Source of the DNA: a virus
Length of the DNA: 64,000 bases
IMG/VR virus record: IMGVR_UViG_3300045988_163435
Coordinates: 30,425 to 94,424 of that record
Direction: 5' to 3' (one strand)
In this document: positions 41,910 through 52,322 of the stretch, piece after piece
Layout of the letters: every line of letters starts with the position of its first letter
Numbering within the stretch: position 1 is the first letter of the stretch
Translations under genes and position numbers: made by a program
Notes under the pieces: model-generated
The model's input: the letters and a program-made list of their open reading frames with translations, nothing else
Told to the model about the DNA's origin: nothing
Databases searched by the model: none

Positions 41910-42842
41910 TTATGTTGTCGCTATGTCCCTAAAGTAACACCAAACAGCTACATAGCCAGTCCTATTTGGCCAAACCCTATCAAGTACTTGCTGAAGCGTG
42001 CATGAATATTGTAATCCAGAAAGATTAAAATCAACAAATGAATATATTTCAGGATTGCGTGGCTCCGCATTAAACAAAAGTACACCAAATATTGGTTCAA
42101 CTCTACCAGTTGATTCATTGATCTGTTTTATATCGTCGGATAGATTACTGTCTGTAGCTGTTACTATAAACGGTTGATCCGATGTATCCGTAAAGAATTT
42201 TTGGTTATTCGGTAACTGTACTACGGTTGTCGAATTGAACGTGGTATAACAGTAAAGCCTATGACTATTGGCATTCATATATACGTTCATAGTGGTATCC
42301 TTGTTGAGCGGAGGAACAGATTGTGTTTTTGTATCAAAACCAGTAGCGCTCAATCTTATGCTATAAGACTTGCCTCCTTCAAGATTTGCAAATGAAGCTC
42401 TGTTTTCCGTACCAGAAAGATTTGGTATCGATTTTGCTGATGCCAATACAGCTCCGCCAGCGTCAATAAGATCAATATCGATTGATTCTGATATTGGATC
42501 TGTAAAATTGATTTCAAGATTATAGTATTGCTTGTTATCATAAGCATTCTGAACAATCGTTTTCTCATCTGTAGGTACTCCAGGATATGATTTATAAATA
42601 CCTACCACATGTCTAGTTTCCTCAGTTGTGCCATGTTGACTAAACATTGTAATAGTGTATGTGGCATCATAATCGTTCGATGGAGACATATCTACATAAG
42701 AGAATGTGTCAGAACCTATTGATGACTTTGGATAATATAGCTTGGACGTTCTATAAAGATTGAATGTGCTTGTTCCAGCAACATCTGTCGGGCCTAAATT
42801 AGAACCATTAGGAATACCACTACTTGGATTAGGTTCACTCAT
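41910..42842 (-). CDS. hypothetical tail/fibre-associated protein (310 aa)
   Basis: ORF in the fibre cluster with beta-rich composition. Confidence 0.35.
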   Translation of the reverse strand: MSEPNPSSGIPNGSNLGPTDVAGTSTFNLYRTSKLYYPKSSIGSDTFSYVDMSPSNDYDATYTITMFSQHGTTEETRHVVGIYKSYPGVPTDEKTIVQNAYDNKQYYNLEINFTDPISESIDIDLIDAGGAVLASAKSIPNLSGTENRASFANLEGGKSYSIRLSATGFDTKTQSVPPLNKDTTMNVYMNANSHRLYCYTTFNSTTVVQLPNNQKFFTDTSDQPFIVTATDSNLSDDIKQINESTGRVEPIFGVLLFNAEPRNPEIYSFVDFNLSGLQYSCTLQQVLDRVWPNRTGYVAVWCYFRDIATT

Positions 42843-42848
42843 AAACGC

Positions 42849-44867
42849 TCAGTCTTCCTTAATTACAGAACCAACATTATATGACATCTTTTTATCAACA
42901 AGACGTACAACACCATTTCTTGCATACAACGATTCGTTATGTGAGAAGTCTAATCTATACACAGGAGATGACGTGCCGCTATCTACAGGATTAATCCAAT
43001 CGGCGTCAGATACAACTTGATAACCAATATTATTTTGATCGGTTATATTTGGTATTAGTGATGTTTCGTTTGCTCTTATTGTTTCCAGTGCTTTAAGTGA
43101 CCAATATGGAGTCAGGTAAGCAGCGAATGAATCCTGAATAATCGTTGTAGATTTAGAATATTCTCCAAGTCCATCAGTGCGCGTTCCTGTTACAGTTATA
43201 GTTAAAGTCTTCGCATATTGCTCAGGATTTGTTACATAATTGAATGTGATGACATTAGAGTTATCTTCAACGTCTGTGGTTAGAATCATATTTCCGACCA
43301 CGGTTACAATAGGATTTGTTATTCCAGTGTATTTATATGGAAGCTTGAATGATCCATAATCACAGCTGAGATGAATATTTTCTCGCCCGAATGTTATTTC
43401 TGCTGGAACATATGTAACTGTAACAACATACTTTCTATACGTAGAATTAACCGAGCACCTTATTATAACAGTTGAGTTATCAGCTCCTGGATTAACAGTA
43501 AGGACTCCATCATTGTTTATAGATGCATATGATTGTCCAAGACCAATGCTCCATGCATAATCTGTAGCATCTGTACCATTGAGCCAACTAATTGAATATG
43601 TGGCTGAATTCCTAACATTATTTACAACCTTTTCGCCATTAATGTTCCAATCACCTGTAGAGCTACTATATACAGAAAATTGTCTTGCATCGGATATGTT
43701 TTTGTTATCAGCACTCCGAGCCATGACCGTAACCATGCCTCCCGGAGCCTTGAAAGAAATGTTACATATTGAAGGATCATCTGTATTCGGTGTCAATGTC
43801 GCATAATCAAAGCCTGACAAGATAAACCAATTAATATTTCTTTGCGTTGTGTTAGCTGGAGACAATGCTGCTTGGATTTCGCTATTACCATAAACAAATT
43901 CAGAACCATTGATAGATATTGAGTTTACAAGCACCTCAGCTTCTTGAGTTATTTTTGTTGACTGGAACGTAATTAACTCCTCTGTACTGCTTAGAATCGC
44001 AGGATTGACAGCGGACGATGTGGTATAGCTGGTCGTATATTTCTCTGAAGTTGTAGCGCCGTTTACAAGAGTACACGTGAACACCTGATTATTAAGCATT
44101 ACACGAACATCCATGCTACCAGCATGCGATTCAGAAGTTACCCAATACTGCAATTGGTCTTCAGAAACTCTCTTCCAGTGAAGATTTACAGTAGGAACAG
44201 GAGTGTCAACATATACGCCACAAATTGCTGTTATGTAGTCGGACGACGTCAAATCATCCGTGAATGGCTGGTCAGAAGTATCAATATAAAAATAATGGTA
44301 TCCAGGCTCGAAACCATATACAGTGTTTGGAGTTCCATTCCACGAGTTATTGTCGCCTTCTGTATAGCCAAACGACATGCTCCACATATATTTTGAAGAC
44401 CCACCAGAATAATAATTATCGTCAGCAACAGTATAAGTGCTTTCTGAAAATTTTGTTCCGCACAGTTTAAGTGTGTTATCAGGATTGTCCTGATTTATAA
44501 TTGAGCCATCAAAGTTATTAGAATATGTCTCCCAGTTATCACCATTAGCGAATCTATATCTTATATACGGTCCATTGCATAAACCACTAAATTCAAATGA
44601 ATATGGTTCAAGATATCCAACGACTTGTCTTTTTTCAGTAAGTGAATTATCTACAAATAACGGAACAAACTCTTGCTGTAATTCAATAACTTGAGGCAAT
44701 TCACCTTCACTCCCTTGAAGCGTCATTTGTTGCTTAACAACGCTTCTATCCTTTGATTTATTAGCTGAAATAACTAACGGCAGGTCGCCGGTCCCGGTGC
44801 CATCAAAAGCACCGGGCTCGACTCCTTCACCATTATATTTCAGGATTTTAAACCTGCCTGTATCCAT
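42849..44867 (-). CDS. tail fibre / decoration protein with Ig-like (Big_2-like and BACON-like) domains (672 aa)
   Basis: Big_2-like segment ISINGSEFVYGNSEIQAALSPANTTQRNINWFILSG...VTVMARSADNKNISDARQFSV. BACON-like C-terminus VVSDADWINPV...YRLDFSHNESLYARNGVVRL. Confidence 0.5.
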   Translation of the reverse strand: MDTGRFKILKYNGEGVEPGAFDGTGTGDLPLVISANKSKDRSVVKQQMTLQGSEGELPQVIELQQEFVPLFVDNSLTEKRQVVGYLEPYSFEFSGLCNGPYIRYRFANGDNWETYSNNFDGSIINQDNPDNTLKLCGTKFSESTYTVADDNYYSGGSSKYMWSMSFGYTEGDNNSWNGTPNTVYGFEPGYHYFYIDTSDQPFTDDLTSSDYITAICGVYVDTPVPTVNLHWKRVSEDQLQYWVTSESHAGSMDVRVMLNNQVFTCTLVNGATTSEKYTTSYTTSSAVNPAILSSTEELITFQSTKITQEAEVLVNSISINGSEFVYGNSEIQAALSPANTTQRNINWFILSGFDYATLTPNTDDPSICNISFKAPGGMVTVMARSADNKNISDARQFSVYSSSTGDWNINGEKVVNNVRNSATYSISWLNGTDATDYAWSIGLGQSYASINNDGVLTVNPGADNSTVIIRCSVNSTYRKYVVTVTYVPAEITFGRENIHLSCDYGSFKLPYKYTGITNPIVTVVGNMILTTDVEDNSNVITFNYVTNPEQYAKTLTITVTGTRTDGLGEYSKSTTIIQDSFAAYLTPYWSLKALETIRANETSLIPNITDQNNIGYQVVSDADWINPVDSGTSSPVYRLDFSHNESLYARNGVVRLVDKKMSYNVGSVIKED

Positions 44868-44873
44868 ATATTA

Positions 44874-47800
44874 TTAAACTGTGTGTTGATAAATAGTAAC
44901 CGCAGACGGCCCTGTGAATGGCTCGTTACTAATAGAGTTAATTGGACCGGTTATGAATATATTTAGCCTATAATCTGTTGTTTCAGATAACGAACTTCTA
45001 TCCACATTGTGTAATCCACATGTCGCCAAGAATACACATTCGCCGCTTGTTGTCGTTGTATTTGTGGAATATCTATCCTCAATCCTGGCCATATAATCAA
45101 TAATCCTGCTTACACTTCCGAAAGTAGCTATATATACTCCTTTGATATACACTGGTATTCCATTTTGAAAGCAATAGTATATATTATTCATATTGACACT
45201 ATCGATCGAAGTATTTTTGCCAAGGTCATAAACCATCGGATTTTTTAGTTCAATAAGTCCTCTTCTATCAGTATTTACTTTAATGGCTCCTCCTACGGTA
45301 AGTATAGGACTTGATTCACTTGATATTGTAAAAATATCATCAGATTCATCATTTACACCCATTGACACTTGTTGTCCACCAAGATTTGAGCCAATCCTCA
45401 TACCATTCTTGCCAATAAGCATATTGTCGTTATCAAAAATTTTAACGGTGCCTCTATTCGCTATATGAGCAGAAATAAAAGTAGAGTTCGAATTTGGCTT
45501 ATTAATAGTGTATGTACATGACGCCTTGATTGTGAATACATCTCCATAACTAAGAGGGATATTCTTTGCACCAGTAGATTTAATGTCAATATAGCCACTA
45601 TAAATAGAACTTGTTTCCAGATATCCAGATGCTATGGTAATAGGCAATGCAGTAGCGGCATTTCCTATAGCAATAATAGAAAACTTAATGGATAATTTAG
45701 TCGGACCCGCTCCGGACATTGATACTTTTATTTTATTATCTCCAGCAGCAATCGACTTATTATAACCATTAAATGCTTTTCTTGATATCGTAGTTAACTC
45801 AACATCATTGCCACTACCAATTGATATAGACGATGTTGATATCGTTTTTGAAATAATTGCCTTATTCCCATCATATGTTACAGTACTATCGTTTTCAGGA
45901 CCAATAGAAGATTCGATATCAACACTTGGATTTATAGATAACACATTTGAATTGGATGATATAGCAGATACTTTATTATTCTCTATGGAAATAAGATCTC
46001 CGCTATCGTTTGTACGAACCTTTCTAGCAACAAGGTCGTCTGTGTCAATCTTATCCGCATTAATCTTGGTTGCATTGATATTGATTGCTTGAATAAGGTT
46101 TGATACAACTTGCTGACTAAATAAGAAATCTGTTGCTATGTTCGCATATTGTCCCTGAAAAGCTGACCAATAAGCCTTACCCGCATCTGTATCTGGTTGA
46201 GGCGTACTCTCATTGACAAATTTCTTTGTCTGAATAGCCATGTAATACTTGCCATCAACGGCTCCTGCTGATGTGAAATAAACTATATCTACTATAATAG
46301 ATTCGTCTGTCTCGGTTCCGGTATATAACCCATCGCTCTTCCATACACCTTTATATGTGACAACAGATGGTTTTGTCTTTCCATCCTTACCGTCAAAACC
46401 ACATCTGGAATAACTAATAGAGTATGTCACTGTTCCGTCAGACCATGTATAAATAACCTTTGTCCACAGATACTGGCCAGGAAGGCCTTCTATCGGCGTA
46501 GAATCCTCAAGATGAGCAGGTTCTGTCCAAGAATCATCTGATGGAATCACATGATTCATTGTGATTGCATATGAATACTTTGTGTCAACAACTTTAGGAA
46601 TTGAACCGTCCTCTACTATGTATATATCCTCGATATCCCAGAGAACATCATTTACGATGTACTCAAAATGAATTTTACTAGAAATTAATGATGTATCAAT
46701 AGCTCCAGTGTAAACCTGTTGATCATTTGCGTCAATCTTATAATACAACGTTCCGTCTGTTGTATCACTCTTAACCTTTCCAACAATCTTTATTTTTTTG
46801 CAAGAGATTGTTAAATCGCTGACAGAACCATCGCTATATCTCTTTATAGACTTTGTTGATGGTTCAAGCTTATATAGCACAGCATCTTCTCCTGGAGCGC
46901 CAGCTTTTGCGCAAAGAACATTAAATGTTAGCAGTTTTACATATTGAATCTCATTAACAGTCGCGGCTACGGTTATATCAACATGGAACGTAGAGAGTTC
47001 AACGCCTTCATTAAAGCTTACAGAAACAACTCCTGTTGTCTTATTTGGTACAACAATAACATTGTTTGCATAATTAGTACCAACAACCCTCGCCTCAAGT
47101 CTGTCAAGAGTAAGCTGTTGAACGCCATACCACATCGATACAACAGGAGAAAATGTCATTGCCGATATTGTTTTGCCGTCATATGTAAGTGCGACAGCCT
47201 TCATCATATCGTCAATATCAGCAACGATAACAGATTCGCCTTGCTCGCCTATAACTTCCTGCCAATAGTAATCCTCTGGGTTTTCGCTGTCAACACAGGT
47301 GCTTGGGTCTTCTGAATAATCAACATAGGAACCCATATATCTAAACCTCTGTCCCCTAGGTTTCTGAGTGGTAAAGTTCTCGTAGTCTGGAGCAAGTGTG
47401 TTTGCCCATGCTATATGTAGACATGCCGAGTCACCTTTGACGCTAACCTTGCCTACGTTGGTAAATCCGTTATGATTCTTGTCGTTCTCAAGAGAAGTTC
47501 CTGTATAAACCCACAGATCTTCACCAATAATATAACCGTCGTTTTCGGAAGGAGTAGGAGATGTCGGCAAGTCATTTATGCCGGCAAGTGATCCTTTGAT
47601 GTTCACGGATTTTCCGTTCTTGCCGTCATTACCATCCCTGCCGATATAGGTTACTGTATAAATAGTATCTTGTGTATTATCGGTATATGTTGTAATCGTT
47701 CTTGACCACAGATATTTTCCTTCAACGATTTCGGGAATAGATTCGCTCCAACCTGATTGTGGTGGGTTGACTCCTTGGTCAGATAATACATAAGTGGTAT

Positions 47801-48230
47801 CTGTATCTCTAATACCACGACCATCAGAACCATCAATAGCTGTAGTAGGCCAAATAGTCCATTTACCACCAGTCTCCTTAAGTGCAGCCCAGTGGTCGTC
47901 TGCTGTCTGCGGAGCGGCGTGCCACAAATCTGGTGCCATATCCGGGTCAAGCGGCGCATCCTTTGACGCGACTGTTGAGTAACGCCACGTAAGTAGTGCC
48001 TCACCGCCTCCAGCGACTTTAGCGTCAGTATATTTTTTTGCTTCATCAAGAGTCATCTTGTCCTGAGAATCGACATAGTTTTTCTCTACGCCGCCAGTTG
48101 ACGACCCTAACTCAAGGTCGTCTACAACCCTGCAGAGTGTCTCCTGAAGGCTGTTACCGGTGATCGCCTGTTTTGTGTTAGTATACACGCGATCCTTTAT
48201 ATAATTCTTAATTTGAGTTTTTGTTGCCAT
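44874..48230 (-). CDS. tail fibre / receptor-binding protein (~1118 aa)
   Basis: Repeated GKYLWSRT / GQYLWTKV fibre motifs and a collagen-like GRDGNDGKNGKS stretch. The track start at 48239 is TTG; the ATG at 48230 (MATKTQIK) is the likelier start. Confidence 0.6.
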   Translation of the reverse strand: MATKTQIKNYIKDRVYTNTKQAITGNSLQETLCRVVDDLELGSSTGGVEKNYVDSQDKMTLDEAKKYTDAKVAGGGEALLTWRYSTVASKDAPLDPDMAPDLWHAAPQTADDHWAALKETGGKWTIWPTTAIDGSDGRGIRDTDTTYVLSDQGVNPPQSGWSESIPEIVEGKYLWSRTITTYTDNTQDTIYTVTYIGRDGNDGKNGKSVNIKGSLAGINDLPTSPTPSENDGYIIGEDLWVYTGTSLENDKNHNGFTNVGKVSVKGDSACLHIAWANTLAPDYENFTTQKPRGQRFRYMGSYVDYSEDPSTCVDSENPEDYYWQEVIGEQGESVIVADIDDMMKAVALTYDGKTISAMTFSPVVSMWYGVQQLTLDRLEARVVGTNYANNVIVVPNKTTGVVSVSFNEGVELSTFHVDITVAATVNEIQYVKLLTFNVLCAKAGAPGEDAVLYKLEPSTKSIKRYSDGSVSDLTISCKKIKIVGKVKSDTTDGTLYYKIDANDQQVYTGAIDTSLISSKIHFEYIVNDVLWDIEDIYIVEDGSIPKVVDTKYSYAITMNHVIPSDDSWTEPAHLEDSTPIEGLPGQYLWTKVIYTWSDGTVTYSISYSRCGFDGKDGKTKPSVVTYKGVWKSDGLYTGTETDESIIVDIVYFTSAGAVDGKYYMAIQTKKFVNESTPQPDTDAGKAYWSAFQGQYANIATDFLFSQQVVSNLIQAININATKINADKIDTDDLVARKVRTNDSGDLISIENNKVSAISSNSNVLSINPSVDIESSIGPENDSTVTYDGNKAIISKTISTSSISIGSGNDVELTTISRKAFNGYNKSIAAGDNKIKVSMSGAGPTKLSIKFSIIAIGNAATALPITIASGYLETSSIYSGYIDIKSTGAKNIPLSYGDVFTIKASCTYTINKPNSNSTFISAHIANRGTVKIFDNDNMLIGKNGMRIGSNLGGQQVSMGVNDESDDIFTISSESSPILTVGGAIKVNTDRRGLIELKNPMVYDLGKNTSIDSVNMNNIYYCFQNGIPVYIKGVYIATFGSVSRIIDYMARIEDRYSTNTTTTSGECVFLATCGLHNVDRSSLSETTDYRLNIFITGPINSISNEPFTGPSAVTIYQHTV

Positions 48231-48235
48231 ATATA

Positions 48236-48793
48236 TCAATCAAAACTATTATCAAAACTATCATCAAACGACCCTTTAATCTCAGGCGTTGGAGGCTGTG
48301 GATCAACTGGTTTGATATAACCGCCAAGATCACTTATCTTCAACTTTCGTATCTGCCCGTCTTGGAAGATCCACATGTATTCACTACCATTCAACGGCAA
48401 CGTAGCCCAAGGACAACCTTTGAGATAATCGTTTATATAACCGTATACATACTGTCTTAGGTTTTTGCTTATCCAGTCATTAAGAATCTTGTTCACTATA
48501 TCAGTGACACGTGATTCAAGAACCTCATTGAGTATGTCGTAAATTCTGTTATCAATTATATCTGGAAGTACATTTGTAATAAAGTCCTGCAGGAGCTCAT
48601 CAAATATCTGAGGCGCAATCTCGCGTATCAATCGCTCAACGTCTTCAATATCTATAGAGCCGCTGATAGGATACCAATCAATAGCCTCCCAGCGATATAA
48701 TCTGAATTTGTGCCACCCATATGGTTTGAGCCATATGAGCTCCTTGTCTCTTGGCGCCTTGGCACCATAGTATACAAAACGTATTCCAGACAT
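48236..48793 (-). CDS. hypothetical protein (185 aa), fibre-module
   Basis: ORF ending just upstream of the fibre gene start. Confidence 0.35.
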   Translation of the reverse strand: MSGIRFVYYGAKAPRDKELIWLKPYGWHKFRLYRWEAIDWYPISGSIDIEDVERLIREIAPQIFDELLQDFITNVLPDIIDNRIYDILNEVLESRVTDIVNKILNDWISKNLRQYVYGYINDYLKGCPWATLPLNGSEYMWIFQDGQIRKLKISDLGGYIKPVDPQPPTPEIKGSFDDSFDNSFD

Positions 48794-48922
48794 ATATTTA
48801 TTTCTTTTAAAGAAAGCTAATTATCGACACTGAGCATAAAAAAAACAAGTATCACCATAACCACTCTACCTCATAGTACTTAAAATTATATCAATAGCGG
48901 TTTTAGTATAAATGTTTGTTTG

Positions 48923-49744
48923 TTAAGCATTATAAACCTCAGTGTAAATATCAATTAAATTATTAAGCGAATCGTAAAGTGGAATAACACTATCTCTTAT
49001 ACATTTATATATAGTATTGTTTTGAGAATAATATTTATTAGCATAAAGAATCATGTTTCCATTATACGGAATAGGATCTTCAACGGTGCCTTTATTCCGT
49101 TCATTAATTTCAACATAAACAGTAGCGGCATCAGTTGGAAGCCAATTTAATTGAACAGTATGTTTAACTAGTGACTTAAACAATCTATCGTTATATATAA
49201 GTTTAGTGTCAACATCTATTTCTTTACCAATTAATTCTTCCCATGTAGGATATATAGATTTAATATTTACAGCATCTTCATCAGATAAATTAAATTTATT
49301 AGAAACTGTTTTAATAAAAGATTCAATATCTGATTTTTTTATTAAATTATGTTTAGTAAACTTTTTTTTCTGAATATTAAAATCATTTCGTACTTTATCT
49401 TTTATAATACTAACAGTTTCAAGATATTCTTTATATTCAGAAAGCTCTTCATCAGAAATAAGCATATCAAGTTGCATTTTAGAAGCTATATTTATAAATT
49501 TAAATTCTTCTTCTAAAGTATAATAATTTCTAATAATAGCTTTAGCACAATCAGAATAATTAGGAAGTCCAGCAAGTTTAACCCAAGTACAAAGCCAATA
49601 AAGTTTATTTTCTGGTTTTCCTTCAATATCAACTACATCTTCATTACCAGTTTCAATAACATAAGTATAGATATAATTGTTATTGCCAAGCCTATTAATA
49701 ATTATAGGCTGTTCATTTGTCTTAAATAATTGTTTGATTTCCAT
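48923..49744 (-). CDS. AT-rich accessory gene (273 aa) with CBM5/12-like (chitin-binding-type) repeats
   Basis: Markedly A+T-rich ORF flanked by 70- and 129-nt non-coding spacers. The C-terminal half has the W..G..y..g..y....H.....W.P pattern (YPTWEELIGKEIDVDTKLIYNDRLFKSLVKHTVQLNWLP). Confidence 0.3.
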   Translation of the reverse strand: MEIKQLFKTNEQPIIINRLGNNNYIYTYVIETGNEDVVDIEGKPENKLYWLCTWVKLAGLPNYSDCAKAIIRNYYTLEEEFKFINIASKMQLDMLISDEELSEYKEYLETVSIIKDKVRNDFNIQKKKFTKHNLIKKSDIESFIKTVSNKFNLSDEDAVNIKSIYPTWEELIGKEIDVDTKLIYNDRLFKSLVKHTVQLNWLPTDAATVYVEINERNKGTVEDPIPYNGNMILYANKYYSQNNTIYKCIRDSVIPLYDSLNNLIDIYTEVYNA

Positions 49745-49813
49745 ATTTTAATTGTAGTTGGAAGTATTTTGTTTACTATTTATTCTTTTCATTTTATATT
49801 TCTATATTTTATA

Positions 49814-52246
49814 TTATTTATTTAAAGACTTACTTTTTTGTATAGAAAGCTGTTTTTCCTTAATCTTATTATCCTTGTTGGACTGACGCTTATCGTGATT
49901 GAATTTATCTCTGTCAAGTTGTAGTCTAGCATCAAACTCACGTATCTTCTCACGCAGATTTTGTTTTTCAGACTCGCTCATTTCATCAGGTTCCATAATA
50001 CCGTCATTCTGTCTGGCAGCCATTGATGCGTTAGCCGATATGTTGGCTACAATTATCTTTGTCTCGTTATCTCTCTGGTTAATTATATCCTGCTGTTGCA
50101 TCTCCATTGATTTTTGTTGCATAGCAGCCTCGGTTTTCTGTTGTTCAATTTGTGCTTGTTGTTCCTGCTGTTGCTGAGCTCTCTGTATCATCTCGTTTTC
50201 ATTCTTTTCTACAAGTCGCTCCTTCTCGGCAAGCGAACTTGAGTTATATAACTTCATTATGGTAGAAAAGTTCAACGTTTGATTTTGCAATGCTGCCTGT
50301 GCGAGCATTTCCATCTTTTGATTGAGCTGTTGTACTCCATCAGAAGAATCAACAACAATACCATAATCATTCTCTGCAAACTCGTCACCATCAATGGACA
50401 TAATCTGCATTGAATTATCGCTAAGGATATAATTAAACTTCATAGATCGTCCACGCATCGCTATCTTTGCAGTCTCAAGAAAACATTCAAGAGCCCTGCG
50501 CTTGACATCATCATGAACGACAAATAGCCATTCTGTAATATGAGATGACTGCACGTTGGCCCTCTCAACTCCACCTACGGTTTCCCTGTTGGACACTTGA
50601 CCCTCACGCTGCCTTGAGATACCGGCAATCTCACCCATCTCAAGTTTAATAAATTCAAGCAAGTTTATCTGGCTTTGGATTGAGTTACCAAATTCAGCGT
50701 CAATCACGCCAGTTGTGTTGTTGTTAAGACCTCCAGCTAATTTGCCGGTCGATGCGCCGATATTACCTTCCTTGAAAGAATCAACGACAGCTATACCATT
50801 AGCCTCTGCATAATACATCCATTTCTCGATATCCCAGCCCTTAGGTACCTTTGCGATATCAAGTTGTATCAGCTTCCCCCAGTTATGAGACATTACTTTA
50901 TTCAGCCTGTCATGAACGATGTCATACAGATAATTATAGTGTTTCATCATATCAACCATGGAGAACGGACGACTGTCATTGAGGTTATAAATTGAGCCTA
51001 CTATACCGAAATGACATCTTGAAGGATTTGACAATCTGTTATATTGTACTGGACATGGACGCATATTGACATAAATATCAGTACCTATTTTGGTACCTTC
51101 CCAGGCCTGATTAACCCAGAAAGTGTCCTCAACCTCTCCTATCGACGGATCTATCTGATAATTCTCATCATAGAAATTATAAACCTCTTCTCCAGTTATA
51201 GGATCATACGATCTTACTTTCTTTATTTTCCTGCGCGATTTCCAGTACATTCTCATCACACGAATATTACCAGCAACATCATACGGCAGCAACGATGAAT
51301 CATATGAATCAGGAAAGAGATTCATCGCATCAAAGAAATAGCCGTCTCCACGAACATCAATCGCGTCATCAATCATTCCAGCATTGACAAATCCTCTTCG
51401 CTCGTCAATATTGCCCATGGCGTCAACATTGGACCCTTGTGCGAAATCCGGCATTTTTCTTATCCATTCCATATCTTTTGGTGAAAGGACGTCATAGAAG
51501 TAATCTATCACCTTGCCAGGAGACCAATAATCCTCAAGAATAACACAATCCGCGTCTTCTATGCGGTTTGAATAACCAGACCTGAAAGCACGTATCTTAA
51601 GTGGATTCACCCTTTCAAGAAGAGGTTCCCCGCCTACGATTGAGCATTGATATATTTCCTCACCTACTGTCAGGCCATCCATGAAGCCATTATTGAATAT
51701 CAATGGAAAATTCTGTTCCTTTGAATAATGATTAAGCAATGCGTTGGCACGAACTTCGCGCATATCCTGCCAATCATAAGTGTAGTAGTCGCTAAGCTTC
51801 TCAAGCCTTACGTTAAACTCATCCTCACTCTGGCTCTGATCTGCGATCATTGCCTGAACCTCTTGAAGCATTTGCTGTTTCTTTGTTTCCTCAATCTCTG
51901 AAAGAGCATTAGGATTGGTTATGACAACCTTGTAATCAAATACCCGCTTAGATTCCTCGCCTCTCAAGACATTGAGTTTTGAGTTCATTATTGGATAATG
52001 TACTATATTCTCTGGTATAAGAGTGGATCTGAGATTATTTGGATTCAGAACGATTGCCAAATCGCTCATATGGAGCTTGCCGTTAAGCAAGTCGTAATTA
52101 ATTTTCTTATGGACCACAGAGTTCCTCACCGGACTGTAATTAAAGAAACCTCTGTTGTCACCCCAGTCAACACACTGCCGTCTCCAGCTCCGGGTCTTCT
52201 GGGATAGAGGCAACTGCTGTGGTGGGAAACTAGTGTATTCCGACAT
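49814..52246 (-). CDS. portal protein (810 aa)
   Basis: Large ORF immediately downstream of TerL with a Gln/Glu-rich C-terminal coiled coil. Size and position are typical of crAss-like portals. Confidence 0.6.
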   Translation of the reverse strand: MSEYTSFPPQQLPLSQKTRSWRRQCVDWGDNRGFFNYSPVRNSVVHKKINYDLLNGKLHMSDLAIVLNPNNLRSTLIPENIVHYPIMNSKLNVLRGEESKRVFDYKVVITNPNALSEIEETKKQQMLQEVQAMIADQSQSEDEFNVRLEKLSDYYTYDWQDMREVRANALLNHYSKEQNFPLIFNNGFMDGLTVGEEIYQCSIVGGEPLLERVNPLKIRAFRSGYSNRIEDADCVILEDYWSPGKVIDYFYDVLSPKDMEWIRKMPDFAQGSNVDAMGNIDERRGFVNAGMIDDAIDVRGDGYFFDAMNLFPDSYDSSLLPYDVAGNIRVMRMYWKSRRKIKKVRSYDPITGEEVYNFYDENYQIDPSIGEVEDTFWVNQAWEGTKIGTDIYVNMRPCPVQYNRLSNPSRCHFGIVGSIYNLNDSRPFSMVDMMKHYNYLYDIVHDRLNKVMSHNWGKLIQLDIAKVPKGWDIEKWMYYAEANGIAVVDSFKEGNIGASTGKLAGGLNNNTTGVIDAEFGNSIQSQINLLEFIKLEMGEIAGISRQREGQVSNRETVGGVERANVQSSHITEWLFVVHDDVKRRALECFLETAKIAMRGRSMKFNYILSDNSMQIMSIDGDEFAENDYGIVVDSSDGVQQLNQKMEMLAQAALQNQTLNFSTIMKLYNSSSLAEKERLVEKNENEMIQRAQQQQEQQAQIEQQKTEAAMQQKSMEMQQQDIINQRDNETKIIVANISANASMAARQNDGIMEPDEMSESEKQNLREKIREFDARLQLDRDKFNHDKRQSNKDNKIKEKQLSIQKSKSLNK

Positions 52247-52274
52247 ATTATTAAATATTTAAATTCCAATTGTG

Positions 52275-52282
52275 CAAAGATA
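52275..52282 (-). promoter_or_regulatory. Bacteroides-type -7 promoter box (TATCTTTG) for portal
   Basis: Minus-strand TATCTTTG lies 28 nt upstream of the ATG at 52246 and abuts the U-tract of the TerL terminator. Confidence 0.45.
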
Positions 52283-52311
52283 TAAAAAAAGCCCCGTTTC
52301 TCAACGAGGCT
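52283..52311 (-). terminator. intrinsic terminator after TerL
   Basis: Minus strand: AGCCTCGT-TGAGAA-ACGGGGCT (8 bp, one G.U) followed by TTTTTTTAT. Confidence 0.75.
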
Positions 52312-52322
52312 AATCATAAAAG

